Below, in pieces: positions 52,451 to 61,713 of a stretch of 64,000 bases of DNA (its first letter is position 1; each line of letters begins with the position of its first letter). Made by a program: the position numbers and the translations under genes. The stretch spans positions 4,996 through 68,995 of the forward strand of contig DATHZE010000048.1 of assembly GCA_035458765.1 (NCBI GenBank), read 5' to 3'. This DNA comes from Longimicrobiales bacterium. GTDB taxonomy: Bacteria; Gemmatimonadota; Gemmatimonadetes; Longimicrobiales; Gaopeijiaceae. The notes under the pieces are model-generated. The model worked only from the letters and a program-made list of their open reading frames with translations, was not told the DNA's origin and searched no databases.

Positions 52451-55123
52451 CTACTCCGTCCGGAGCGCCTCCATGGGATCCACCCGGGTGGCGCGCAGCG
52501 CGGGCACCAGCGAAGCGATGAGCGCCACCACCATGAGGACGAACGCGACCCCGCCCAGGACCACGGGCTCCGTCCCATCCGCCTCGAAGAAGAGGTCCCG
52601 TGCGAAGGGCGCGGCCCCCAGGGAGACACCGAGTCCGATGATGACGCCGAGCACCGTCAGGCGCGCTCCGGTCAGGACGACACCCCTGAGGACGCGTGCC
52701 TTCGGTGCCCCCAGGGCCGTTCGGATCCCGATCTCCTTGGTGCGCTGCGCCACGTCGAAGGCCAGTACGCTGTAGAGCCCGATCGCGGCGACGATGAGGG
52801 CGAGCAGCCCGAACGCGGTGAACAGGGAGGCACCGAGGGTCCACGAACGCGTCTGGGGATCCAGAAGCTCGCGGAACGTCTGGACCTGTGCGAACCGGAC
52901 GCGAGGAGAGAACGAACGCAGTGCCGGTGACAGGGTCGCAGCGAGCTGGGCCGGGTCCCGTTCCGTGCGCACGTAGAGACCGGTGGGGACCGCGCCGGTC
53001 TGAGCCAGCGGCACGTAGTACGCCAGGAGGTCGGCCACGTCCAATCCGGCGCGGGAAGCGTTCTCCACGACACCCACCACCCTCGTGCATTCTTCCGCTG
53101 CGGCGATGTGAAAGCACCCTTCGAGGGGGTCCCGATCCGGCCAGAAGGCGCGCGCCATGGCCTCGTTCACCACCGCCACGCCCGGCGTACCCGCGACGTC
53201 CGAGTCCAGGATCGGTCGGCCCTGCAGCACGCGGAGCCCCACCGTGCCCATGTAACCGGGGGAAACCGCGTAGTAGAACGGCCCTCCCCCAGGGGGGACG
53301 GGCAGGGAGTCCAGACCCGGCACGGTGAGGTCCTCGACGACAGCCCACTGGAAGATGACGTCGGTGGTGGCCACTCCCGTCACGCCCGGGAGGGCGGCGG
53401 CGAGGTCCATGGCCTCCTCGTACGCCCTCTTCGCCTCGAGCTCGTCGGGGTCCTGTCCCTGGAACTCCAGTTGCGCCATGACCAGACGATCCACGTCCAG
53501 GCCGAGGTCCAGCCCACGAACCTCGATGACGCTCTGGATGAACAGGCCGGCCCCCACGAGCAGCACGGCGGACAGCGTGGCCTGAGCCACCGTGAGGGTG
53601 CCGCGAAGCCAGGACCGTTTGCCGGAGCTCCCCCGGCCGCCCTCCGCGAGATCCCGCGTGAGATCGGCGCGGGTGCTCTGCAGGGCCGGCCCGAAGCCCG
53701 CGACCATTCCGGCCGCCAACGACAGGAGGAACGTGAAGGCCACGACCCGCCCGCTCAGGGCCGAGGCGGTCCACAGGATATCGGGAATCAACAGCGCCCG
53801 GATCAGGCCGCCTCCCCAGTGAGCCAGCGCCAGCGCGGCCACGCCGCCCAGGAGCGCCAACATGAGCGTTTCCAGCATCATCTCCCGCAGGAGCCGGCTC
53901 CGCGTCACACCGAGGGATAGCCGCACCGCGACCTCACGCCGCCTTCCCGTGCCCTGCGCCAGCAGCAGGTTGGCGACGTTGGCGCACGCAATGAGGAGCA
54001 CGATGAGCGAGACGCCGGTCAACCAGCGCGCGACCTTGGACTCGTTGCTGGCGTCGGGGCCCTGGGCCTCGATGATCGGGGCCGTCAGGATCAGCACGCT
54101 CGGGTCCCTCCGGTTCTCTTCCCTGCCGTTGATGTGGAGCGCGGTGGCCTGGGACTCCGCGGACTCGACGCCGTCTGCGTCCGCCAGTCGCACCACGGCC
54201 TGCAGCCACCAGTAGGACCGGGAGTTGAAGAAGCGGTCGGAGCCCGCTTGCGCGTATTCTGCGGGCACGGCCGGGAGCCAGACGTCGACCGGTTCGAGGC
54301 CGATGCCGGTGAAGCCCCGGGGTGCCACGCCGATGACGGTCATGTCGTGGCCCGAGATGTCCAACGTGCGTCCGAGCACTCCGGGGTCTCCCCCCAACGG
54401 GCCCTTCCAGAACTCGTAGCCGACCACGGCCGTGAGCGGCGATTCCAACCGATCGTCCTCGGCGTCGAAGAACCGCCCCATGTGGGCGCGGACGCCCAGC
54501 GTGGTGAAGAAGTCGTGCGTGGCCCTCACCACCATGATGTGGCGGGCGTCTTCGCCGGCGCCCAGGGTGAGGGGATTGCGGCTGGTCGTCGCTCCCACCG
54601 AGACGAACTCGGGGACGGTGCGCAGGTCCACCACGTCGGGATATGTCGTGGTGGAGATGATCGTTCGCTCGCGGAAGAACATGCCGTCCCGGAGCACCCG
54701 CCGTACCAGCTCCGGCTGCACCACGTGGTCCGGCGCTCGGAGAAGGAGGCGGTCCACCACGCCGAACATCGCGGCATTCACCCCGATGCCCAGACCCAAC
54801 GTGAGCACCACCGCCACCGCGAGCCCAGGTGACCGCCGCACCCCCCTGAGCGCCTGGCGCAGACCGGTCAGGCTCGCATCCCAGAACTCCCCACGCTTCC
54901 CCATCACCACCCTCCTCCGGTCCGTTGCCACCATCCTCTTCCGTTGGCGAGCGACGTCGCCGAAGCGGCGCTCGGCCTGCCTGCGCGCCTCGGCGGGGCT
55001 CATTCCCTGCTCCACCAGGCGATCCGACTGCTCCTGGAGGTAGTGCTCGATCTCCCAGTCGACAGCCTGTCTCAGGCTGGGCTTCCCCAGCCCCAGACGG
55101 AACAGGCGCCGCATGGGACCCAT
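52451..55123 (-). CDS. ADOP-type duplicated FtsX/MacB-like permease (no ATPase domain), copy 1
   Basis: N-terminal cytoplasmic prefix (MSPAEARRQAERRFGD), then two FtsX-type 4-TM modules, each with a large periplasmic domain. ATG 55123 lies 5 nt after the padR stop, with GGAGG upstream. Confidence 0.88.
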   Translation of the reverse strand: MGPMRRLFRLGLGKPSLRQAVDWEIEHYLQEQSDRLVEQGMSPAEARRQAERRFGDVARQRKRMVATDRRRVVMGKRGEFWDASLTGLRQALRGVRRSPGLAVAVVLTLGLGIGVNAAMFGVVDRLLLRAPDHVVQPELVRRVLRDGMFFRERTIISTTTYPDVVDLRTVPEFVSVGATTSRNPLTLGAGEDARHIMVVRATHDFFTTLGVRAHMGRFFDAEDDRLESPLTAVVGYEFWKGPLGGDPGVLGRTLDISGHDMTVIGVAPRGFTGIGLEPVDVWLPAVPAEYAQAGSDRFFNSRSYWWLQAVVRLADADGVESAESQATALHINGREENRRDPSVLILTAPIIEAQGPDASNESKVARWLTGVSLIVLLIACANVANLLLAQGTGRRREVAVRLSLGVTRSRLLREMMLETLMLALLGGVAALALAHWGGGLIRALLIPDILWTASALSGRVVAFTFLLSLAAGMVAGFGPALQSTRADLTRDLAEGGRGSSGKRSWLRGTLTVAQATLSAVLLVGAGLFIQSVIEVRGLDLGLDVDRLVMAQLEFQGQDPDELEAKRAYEEAMDLAAALPGVTGVATTDVIFQWAVVEDLTVPGLDSLPVPPGGGPFYYAVSPGYMGTVGLRVLQGRPILDSDVAGTPGVAVVNEAMARAFWPDRDPLEGCFHIAAAEECTRVVGVVENASRAGLDVADLLAYYVPLAQTGAVPTGLYVRTERDPAQLAATLSPALRSFSPRVRFAQVQTFRELLDPQTRSWTLGASLFTAFGLLALIVAAIGLYSVLAFDVAQRTKEIGIRTALGAPKARVLRGVVLTGARLTVLGVIIGLGVSLGAAPFARDLFFEADGTEPVVLGGVAFVLMVVALIASLVPALRATRVDPMEALRTE

Positions 55124-55128
55124 GGCGT

Positions 55129-55470
55129 CTACGCCTCCGACTCCCGTGGGGAGATCTTCGCGACCGCGTCGACGTAGCGGGTCCACTTGAGCTCTTCGTC
55201 GGCGAGGGCCCGTTCACCCTCCGCGCTGAGCCGGTAGTAGCGAGCCCTCCGGCCCTTCTCCGAGATCCCCCAGTCGCTCAGGAGCCAGCCTCGGGTCTCC
55301 ATGCGGTGCAGCGCGTGGTAGAGCGCTCCGTCTTCGACGATGAGTTCGTCGTCGGTGGATCGGAGGATCCACTCGAGAATGGCGAATCCGTGCATCTCGG
55401 AGCCCGCACCCAGCGTCTTCAAAACGAGGAGTTCCAGGGTGCCCGGAAGAGGGCCGAGGGGGATGGTCAT
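55129..55470 (-). CDS. PadR family transcriptional regulator, copy 1
   Basis: Winged-helix PadR pattern LELLVLKTL...MHGFAI...GALYHALHRMETRGWL...RRARYYRLSAEG. Confidence 0.9.
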   Translation of the reverse strand: MTIPLGPLPGTLELLVLKTLGAGSEMHGFAILEWILRSTDDELIVEDGALYHALHRMETRGWLLSDWGISEKGRRARYYRLSAEGERALADEELKWTRYVDAVAKISPRESEA

Positions 55471-55498
55471 CGTGTCTCCACGGAATCGAACCAGTTAC

Positions 55499-55543
55499 CT
55501 GAACCGCTCAGGTCAACATATTGTACTGAGCGGCTCAGGTCAA
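55499..55543 (-). promoter_or_regulatory. candidate padR1 promoter with two 18-nt direct repeats (operator-like)
   Basis: Minus strand: TTGACC-17 nt-TATGTT. Plus-strand repeats CTGAACCGCTCAGGTCAA (55499-55516) and CTGAGCGGCTCAGGTCAA (55526-55543) are 16/18 identical. Each contains a TGAGCnGCTCA-type palindrome. The arms CCGCTCAG/CTGAGCGG bracket the -10. Confidence 0.45.
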
Positions 55544-55609
55544 GGAGGTTCTGCTTCCGTCTGGACGCCCGGCACCCCCCCTGGACGATCCTCCCGCCCC
55601 GCGGTCCCC

Positions 55610-57535
55610 CTAGAGGGCCTCGATCTCCCGTTCCACGGCCGCCCATTCGTCCATGAGGGCGTTGGCGCGCCCCTGGAGGGCGGCGCGCTCTTCCTGGAGT
55701 GCCGCGACCTCGTTCGGGGGCGTGGCCTCGAAGTACCCTGGTCCGCAGAAGAGCGCATCGATCTCCGCCACGCGCGCTTCGGAGGTTTCGATCTTCGCGG
55801 TGAGGTCGTCGCGCTGGCGGGTCAGGCGGTTGAGCAAGACGCTCGGATCGACCGTGGCCGGCCTCCGTTCCGCTTTCGGCGCCTGTTTCCTGTCCTGCTT
55901 TTCCGTGCGCGCCTTGAGGACCACCGAGTCCGCGTCGAGGTGGTCGTCGCCGCAATGATGCACGTATTCGTCGTACGTTCCGAGGTAGTCCTTCACCTCG
56001 TCACGCTTGATCTCCACCACGCGCGTGGCGAGGCGGCTCACGAACCAGCGGTCATGGGAGACCAGGATCAACGTGCCACCGAAGTTCTCGAGCCCGTGAA
56101 CCAGGGCCTCGATGGACTCGAGATCCAGGTGGTTCGTGGGCTCGTCGAGAACGAGGACGTTGGGGTTCTCCATTGCGAGGCGGCTGAATACGAGGCGAGC
56201 CGCCTCTCCACCCGACAGGGCACTGAGCTTTTTCGCGCCGTCGTCCCCCGAGAACAGCATCATGCCCATCTGGCCGCGCACGAAGCCGCGGTCCTTTCCC
56301 GGGCAGAAATCCCACAGCCACTCCTCGGCGGTGCGGGAACCGTCCTTGAATGTCTCTTTGTGGTCCTGGGCGAAGTACCCCGTCTGGGTTTCGTACCCCC
56401 AGGTCACCTCGCCGCCGTCGGCCTTCAGTTCACCCATGATGATCTTCAGGAGGGTGGACTTCCCGATCCCATTGGGTCCCATGATGGCGAGGCGGTCTCC
56501 GCGGCGGACCTCCAGGTCCACGCCGTGAAGCACCTCGTTGTCGCCGAAAGCCTTCCGGATGCCCTTGATGCGGAGGACTTCCTTCCCGCTTGGCCGCTTC
56601 GGCTCGAAGCGGAACGTCGGATACCGCCGAGAGCTGCCGGGGAGCGTGTCCATCTCCGAGACCTTCTTCTCGATGATCTTCATCTTGCTCTGGGCCTGGC
56701 GCGCCTTGCTGGCCTTGGCCTTGAAGCGGTCCACGAAGTCCTGGTGGTGCGCGATCTCCTTCTCGCGCCCGGCGATCTCCTTTTCCCTGCGTTCCCGGTC
56801 TTCGACCTTGGCCTTGAGGAAGAACGAGTAGTTGCCCTTGTAGAGCGTCACCGTCCGGTAGTCCACGTCCAGGATGTCGGTGACCACGTTGTCCAGGAAG
56901 CGGTGATCGTGGGAAATCACCACCACCGGCCCCGCGAACTCCCGAAGGAACTTCTCGAGCCAACGGATCGAGAGGATGTCCAGGTGATTGGTCGGCTCGT
57001 CCAGGAGCAGCACGTCGGGGTTGCTGGCCAGGACCTGGGCCAGAAGAACCCGGAGCCGGAAGCCACCGGACAGCGTGGACAGCGGGCGGCGGTGGACTTC
57101 GGCGGGCAGTCCCAATCCCTCCAGGATCTCCGCCGCGCGTGCTTCCGCGGTGTAGCCGTCGTGGTGCTGGACGATCTCCTCGAGCACGCCGAAGCGGTCG
57201 GCGTCGAAGTCGGTTTCGGCCTTCTCGAGGATCGCTTCCTTCTCCACCATGGCCGCCCAGAGTTCCGGATTGCCCATGAGCGTCACCTCCATCACCAGCT
57301 GATCCTCGTACAGGAATTGATCCTGCCGGAGGACGCCGAGACGGAGGCGTTTGGGGATGGAGACGTGGCCCTCGGTGGAATCGAGGTGCCCGCTCATCAC
57401 GTTGAGGAGCGTCGTCTTGCCCGAGCCGTTGGCGCCGATGAGGCCGTAGCGCTGCCCGGCGTTGAGCTGGAACGACGCATTCTCGAAAAGCGTTCGGTCG
57501 CCGAACTGCTTGGAGAGGTTGGATACGGAGATCAT
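55610..57535 (-). CDS. ABC-F family ATPase (two NBDs, no TMD) with C-terminal coiled coil
   Basis: Walker A GANGSGKTT and GPNGIGKST. Signatures LSGGFRLR and LSGGEAAR. 641 aa, like Uup/YheS. Confidence 0.9.
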   Translation of the reverse strand: MISVSNLSKQFGDRTLFENASFQLNAGQRYGLIGANGSGKTTLLNVMSGHLDSTEGHVSIPKRLRLGVLRQDQFLYEDQLVMEVTLMGNPELWAAMVEKEAILEKAETDFDADRFGVLEEIVQHHDGYTAEARAAEILEGLGLPAEVHRRPLSTLSGGFRLRVLLAQVLASNPDVLLLDEPTNHLDILSIRWLEKFLREFAGPVVVISHDHRFLDNVVTDILDVDYRTVTLYKGNYSFFLKAKVEDRERREKEIAGREKEIAHHQDFVDRFKAKASKARQAQSKMKIIEKKVSEMDTLPGSSRRYPTFRFEPKRPSGKEVLRIKGIRKAFGDNEVLHGVDLEVRRGDRLAIMGPNGIGKSTLLKIIMGELKADGGEVTWGYETQTGYFAQDHKETFKDGSRTAEEWLWDFCPGKDRGFVRGQMGMMLFSGDDGAKKLSALSGGEAARLVFSRLAMENPNVLVLDEPTNHLDLESIEALVHGLENFGGTLILVSHDRWFVSRLATRVVEIKRDEVKDYLGTYDEYVHHCGDDHLDADSVVLKARTEKQDRKQAPKAERRPATVDPSVLLNRLTRQRDDLTAKIETSEARVAEIDALFCGPGYFEATPPNEVAALQEERAALQGRANALMDEWAAVEREIEAL

Positions 57536-57539
57536 AGGA

Positions 57540-57563
57540 CCGGGAATGTATGAAGATTCCCGG
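57540..57563 (-). other. 8-bp inverted repeat abutting the ABC-F start codon
   Basis: CCGGGAAT-8 nt-ATTCCCGG. On the mRNA strand the 3' arm ends 4 nt before the AUG. No SD is visible in the 67-nt gap. Confidence 0.35.
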
Positions 57564-57602
57564 TGAAGTGGGGGTGTCGCCTCCGTGGTCCCGGCGTCGG
57601 CA

Positions 57603-60317
57603 TCACTCCGCCCGCAGGGAGACGACCGGATCGACCTTCAGGGCGCGTGCGACGGGAACGGCGATGGCCAGGGTGAGGGCCATGGCGAGGATGGCCGCCC
57701 CCGAGAGAACTGCCACGGGGTCCGAGGGGGCCACGCCCCAGAGGAGTCCCTCGACCAGACGCGTAGCCACGAACGCCCCGGCAAGCCCCAACGCGAGCCC
57801 GATGACCAGGGGCGCGTACACCGTCGCCACGACCAGGCGCACGACGAAGGCGCGGTCGGCGCCCACCGCCACACGGATGCCGATCTCGCGACGACGACGG
57901 GCCACGGCCAGGGCCACGACGCCGAACACGCCCGCGGTGGCGAGGATGAGGCCCAGCACCGCGATGACGCCGAAGAGTTCCGCGTTCATGCGCTGCGTGT
58001 AGAGGAACCCCCCGACGACCTGGCCGTAGGGAAGGATGTTCACGATGGCGATGCGCGTGTCCACGCCGCGCAGCGCCTGCTCCATCCGGTCGACCGCCGC
58101 CGCCGGGTTCCCGCCGACTTTCACCAGGAAGGCGTTCCCCGGGGCGGAGTAGTGCTGCGGCAGGGAGAAGTAGGCCACGGGCTCGGGCTCGTCGAGGAAC
58201 GTGGTCTGGCGTGCATTGCGCACCACGCCGATCACCTGGAAGCCCCGGTCCGGAGTCTCACCCTCGCCGGGCCACCAGAGCATCCGGCCCACTGCGCTTC
58301 CGTCCGCGGCCACCCTGCGGGCCAGCGATTCGTTCACCACCACCACGCCGTTGTCGTCCACCGTGTCGGTGGCCTCCAGAGGTCGCCCCTGGAGGATCTC
58401 CATCTCCATCACTTCGAAGTAGCCGGGCCATACGCGCGCTACCGTGGCAGGCACCAGGTCCGCCCCGGTCTCCATGCGGAGTTCCTGAACCGGGTGGCCT
58501 GAAAGAGGTGCGTTCTCCGCCACGGTCGCGTCGACCACCCAGGGGAGTTCCTGGAAACGCCGGATCAGTTCCTGGAAGAACTGGTGACGTTCCGCCACCG
58601 GGACCCCCATGCTGCTTGTGCTCACGTAGCTCGCCAGGGTCTGCTCCGCGTCGAACCCGGCATCGACGTGCTGGGCGGCGTCCAACGTCCGGAGCACCAG
58701 CCCGGCCACGAACAGGAGCACGACCGTGAGGCCGATCTGGACGGACACCAGGAGGTCCTGGGCGCCGGGGATCTTCGACTTCGGTCCGGCGGTTGCGGGG
58801 GAGGCCCAGGCTCCTCCCGCATTCAGCGCGGACGCGGGATTGCGGCCGGAGGTGCGCAACGCGGGGACGATCCCCGTCACGATCCCGGTCAGGACCGCCG
58901 CCATCAGCGCGAACAACATCACGCGGGGGTCCACGACGATCTCCCGGGGTACGTTGGACCCCCATACGCTGGGGCTGGCGAAATAGGAACTGAGGCGCCC
59001 GCCCACGGGACCGGCCACGAGCAGCGCGACGGCTCCCGCCAGGGTGGACAGCAAAACGCTCTCCGTGACGAGTTGACGGACCAACCGCCAGCGGGAGGCG
59101 CCCATGGCGCTGCGCAGCGCCATCTCCCGGTATCGGCGGGCGCCTGCGGACAGCACCAGGTTCGCCACGTTCGCGCACGCCAACAGCAGGAGGCAGGCGG
59201 CCGCCAACATCATGATGCGCGTGGTGGAGGCTTCCGAATCCCGGGTGGCCGGGCTGATCCATGTGGCTGGTTCCAGCGTGAACGTGCGAGACCGGTCCGC
59301 CAGGGGTGCCTCCTGGTCGAGTCCTTGGGCCAAGGAGCGCAGGGATTCCCTGGCCTGGTCTGACGTCTCCCCGTCGGCGACGCGCAGCAGCGGGAAGATG
59401 GCGCTGGTCTCCCGATTCGCTCTCGTGTCCGAGCGCGCCCAGTAGACGCGCATGTACTGCTCGAAGGGGAGCCACACCTGGGGACGGAACGCTGCGCTCG
59501 ATCCGACGAAGTCCCGGCCGGCCACGCCTATGATGGTGTACGGCTGATTGTTGAGGAGGATCGTGCGGCCCAGGACGTCCGGGGCGGATCTGTAGCGCGA
59601 CACCCAGTAGGCGTGGGAAATGACGACAGCGGGCGGGGCCTGGGGGCGGTCGTCTTCGGAGGAAACGCCCCTGCCCAGCGCCAGCCCGACCCTGAGGACG
59701 GAGAAGTAGCTTCCCGTGACGCCCTGACCGAACACGACCTCCGTCAGGTCGTCGTGGCGCACGCTGGCGGCAAAGAGGGTCTGGCTGACGCCGGCGACAC
59801 CGTAGAGCCCTCCCACCAGGCTGGTCAGGTCTTCGAAGTCGGGAAAGGAGAGCGCCCCGTAGGGCGCGTCCTCGGACGACAGATAGACCTGATGAAGTCC
59901 CTCGGCGTCGGCACCGGGGAAGGGCCTGGAGTAAGCGTTCACGTACGTGAAGACCGCCGTGCTCGTGGAGAGCCCGAGGGCCAGGGTCGCCACGGCCATC
60001 ATCGTGAAGCCGGGGTGCCGCTTCATCTGCCGGAGGCCGTCACCGACATCCCGGCCCAACCAGTCGAGGCGAGCCACCTGCCGCTCCCTGGTGCGGATCT
60101 CCGACAGATGACGGGCGGCGGCTTCCCGGAGCGCCTCGGAATCCCCGAAGGACTCCAGCGCGGCCGCCCTGGCCCGCTCAGGGACCATGCCGCCGGCCAC
60201 CAGGGCCGCGGTCTTCATGTCCAGGTGAAACCGGAATTCCTCGTCGATCTCGCGCTGGATCTTCGACAGCTCGTCCCGGAGGAGGATTCGGACGACCCAC
60301 AGGCGCAGGCGCCGCAC
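57603..60317 (-). CDS. ADOP-type duplicated FtsX/MacB-like permease, copy 2
   Basis: Same architecture as copy 1, with prefix VRRLRLWVV...MVPERARAAALESFGD. GTG 60317 lies 8 nt after the padR2 stop. Confidence 0.85.
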   Translation of the reverse strand: MRRLRLWVVRILLRDELSKIQREIDEEFRFHLDMKTAALVAGGMVPERARAAALESFGDSEALREAAARHLSEIRTRERQVARLDWLGRDVGDGLRQMKRHPGFTMMAVATLALGLSTSTAVFTYVNAYSRPFPGADAEGLHQVYLSSEDAPYGALSFPDFEDLTSLVGGLYGVAGVSQTLFAASVRHDDLTEVVFGQGVTGSYFSVLRVGLALGRGVSSEDDRPQAPPAVVISHAYWVSRYRSAPDVLGRTILLNNQPYTIIGVAGRDFVGSSAAFRPQVWLPFEQYMRVYWARSDTRANRETSAIFPLLRVADGETSDQARESLRSLAQGLDQEAPLADRSRTFTLEPATWISPATRDSEASTTRIMMLAAACLLLLACANVANLVLSAGARRYREMALRSAMGASRWRLVRQLVTESVLLSTLAGAVALLVAGPVGGRLSSYFASPSVWGSNVPREIVVDPRVMLFALMAAVLTGIVTGIVPALRTSGRNPASALNAGGAWASPATAGPKSKIPGAQDLLVSVQIGLTVVLLFVAGLVLRTLDAAQHVDAGFDAEQTLASYVSTSSMGVPVAERHQFFQELIRRFQELPWVVDATVAENAPLSGHPVQELRMETGADLVPATVARVWPGYFEVMEMEILQGRPLEATDTVDDNGVVVVNESLARRVAADGSAVGRMLWWPGEGETPDRGFQVIGVVRNARQTTFLDEPEPVAYFSLPQHYSAPGNAFLVKVGGNPAAAVDRMEQALRGVDTRIAIVNILPYGQVVGGFLYTQRMNAELFGVIAVLGLILATAGVFGVVALAVARRRREIGIRVAVGADRAFVVRLVVATVYAPLVIGLALGLAGAFVATRLVEGLLWGVAPSDPVAVLSGAAILAMALTLAIAVPVARALKVDPVVSLRAE

Positions 60318-60325
60318 GGGACCGG

Positions 60326-60652
60326 TCAGGCCTCCATGGCCCGGGCTACGGCCTCGCTGAAGCGCGACCAACTCGACGCAGCGGCCGCGAGCTGCTTCCG
60401 GCCCGCGGCCGTGAGGGAGTAGAATCGGGCCTTGCGGTTGTTGTCGCTGCGTCCCCACTCGGACTTGAGCCAACCGCGCTTCTGCATCCGATAGAGGGCC
60501 GGGTAGAGAGATCCCTCATCCACCGTGAGCACGTCGGAGACGCGCTGGAGGCGTTCGGTGATCCCGTACCCGTGCATGGGTTCATCCTCCAGGCTCCGAA
60601 GGATGAGCATCTCCAGGGTTCCGCGAAGCAGATCTCCCCGTTCCGTCACCAT
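60326..60652 (-). CDS. PadR family transcriptional regulator, copy 2
   Basis: LEMLILRSL...MHGYGI...GSLYPALYRMQKRGWL...RKARFYSLTAAG. ATG 60652 lies 6 nt after AAGGAG. ATG 60658 abuts the SD. Confidence 0.88.
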   Translation of the reverse strand: MVTERGDLLRGTLEMLILRSLEDEPMHGYGITERLQRVSDVLTVDEGSLYPALYRMQKRGWLKSEWGRSDNNRKARFYSLTAAGRKQLAAAASSWSRFSEAVARAMEA

Positions 60653-60660
60653 ATCCATCT

Positions 60661-60707
60661 CCTTAGAGGGTCTAGGGAAGAATAGGGCGGGAGTGGGGAA
60701 ACGGCAA
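60661..60707 (-). promoter_or_regulatory. candidate padR2 promoter followed by the 17-nt palindrome (site 1)
   Basis: Minus strand: TTGCCG (60707-60702), 17 nt, TATTCT (60684-60679), 1 nt, CCCTAGACCCTCTAAGG (60677-60661). The palindrome overlaps the SD. Confidence 0.45.
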
Positions 60708-60727
60708 CCCGGGAAGAGCCACGCGGG

Positions 60728-61567
60728 TCATGGATCGGGAGTGTCGTCCGTACGCAGTGATTCGACGAAGCCTGTCCAGAGGTCTTCGACGCTCCCACCG
60801 AAGTGTTCCCGGAAGGGGGCGGCGAAGGTTCGTTTCTCCTGGATCATGGTCAGGAACGCGGGGAAGCCCGCCGGATCTCGGTCCCGCAGGTATTCGATGA
60901 ACATCCGACTCTGCTTGTGCAGCATGGGCCCCGAAAGCCCGTACGTTCCGGTCCTCTGGAGGCTCCACAAGTTGCCGGTGGAGTCGGGGCGCAGGGCGGG
61001 ACCTCTCACGATGGCGCGCACGGCCTCCTCGGTGGGGATGCCCTCACCCCCGGCGCCCGACACCAGGTCGGCCAGGGCCTCGTTGAACCAAGGGGGTATC
61101 TCACCTCGATGGGCCGCGAGCCCGAGGTTCTGGCGCAGGTGCAGGTGGGACAGCTCGTGCGTCAAGCTCTCCCGGTGGACGTCGTCGCCTTGCCAGTCGA
61201 AGGCCGAGGGCGCGAGGAAGACCTGCCCGAAGAGCACCGTGCCACGGATGGGTGCCCCGGGGGGGAGGGCAAGGAACTCGTTCAGGCTCCGCTGCGTGGC
61301 GCAAACGTAGACTGTGAATGCCTCACGGAAGGGCCTGCCGTGCGTAGCCTCCACGGTTGCGATGGCCGTGTCCAGGAAGGCACCGATACGGGTGGCCATG
61401 GCCTCGGCGCCCGGTTCGAATCGGACGCGGGCGTCGGTGGGGAGCGGGGCGAAGTCCTTCTTCGATTTGGCGAGGGCTGCGAACACCGGGCTTTGCGTTG
61501 CCCACGAGCCCCCGACAAGCAGCAGCAAGCCCAGGGCACCCCATGCGATCCGACGCCCGTGGCGCAT
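60728..61567 (-). CDS. membrane-anchored MA-clan (Peptidase_MA_2-like) putative zinc metallopeptidase
   Basis: HExxH in SLTHELSHLHL, with a downstream PPWFNEALADL (Glu ligand-like). N-terminal TM. AGGAGG SD. Confidence 0.75.
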   Translation of the reverse strand: MRHGRRIAWGALGLLLLVGGSWATQSPVFAALAKSKKDFAPLPTDARVRFEPGAEAMATRIGAFLDTAIATVEATHGRPFREAFTVYVCATQRSLNEFLALPPGAPIRGTVLFGQVFLAPSAFDWQGDDVHRESLTHELSHLHLRQNLGLAAHRGEIPPWFNEALADLVSGAGGEGIPTEEAVRAIVRGPALRPDSTGNLWSLQRTGTYGLSGPMLHKQSRMFIEYLRDRDPAGFPAFLTMIQEKRTFAAPFREHFGGSVEDLWTGFVESLRTDDTPDP

Positions 61568-61616
61568 GCCGCCTCCTCTCGCAGGTCCGACTGCCGAAGA
61601 GAGACTAAGCCCGTAT

Positions 61617-61633
61617 CCCTAGAGTGTCTAGGG
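61617..61633 (-). promoter_or_regulatory. 17-nt palindrome site 2 (operator-like), 49 nt upstream of the MA-peptidase-like gene
   Basis: CCCTAGAGTGTCTAGGG: perfect 7-bp arms around a 3-nt centre. Confidence 0.4.
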
Positions 61634-61713
61634 TTATGTGATGGGCCGTCGGAGGAGCCGGGTGGGCGATGAGATGAACCGGCGGGAGAATGGCTGAGGA
61701 GAGTACGTTCTCC

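Noticed and set aside
55482-55492. GGTTCGATTCC (minus strand), a perfect T-loop consensus just upstream of padR1.
   Set aside because: Flanking bases cannot form a T-stem or acceptor stem. The region is better explained as the padR1 5' leader and promoter.
55610-57535. ABC-F gene as the missing ATPase of the two orphan ADOP permeases.
   Set aside because: ABC-F proteins are tandem-NBD soluble factors without TMD-coupling partners in established knowledge. Adjacency alone is insufficient, so it is kept only as a neighbourhood observation.
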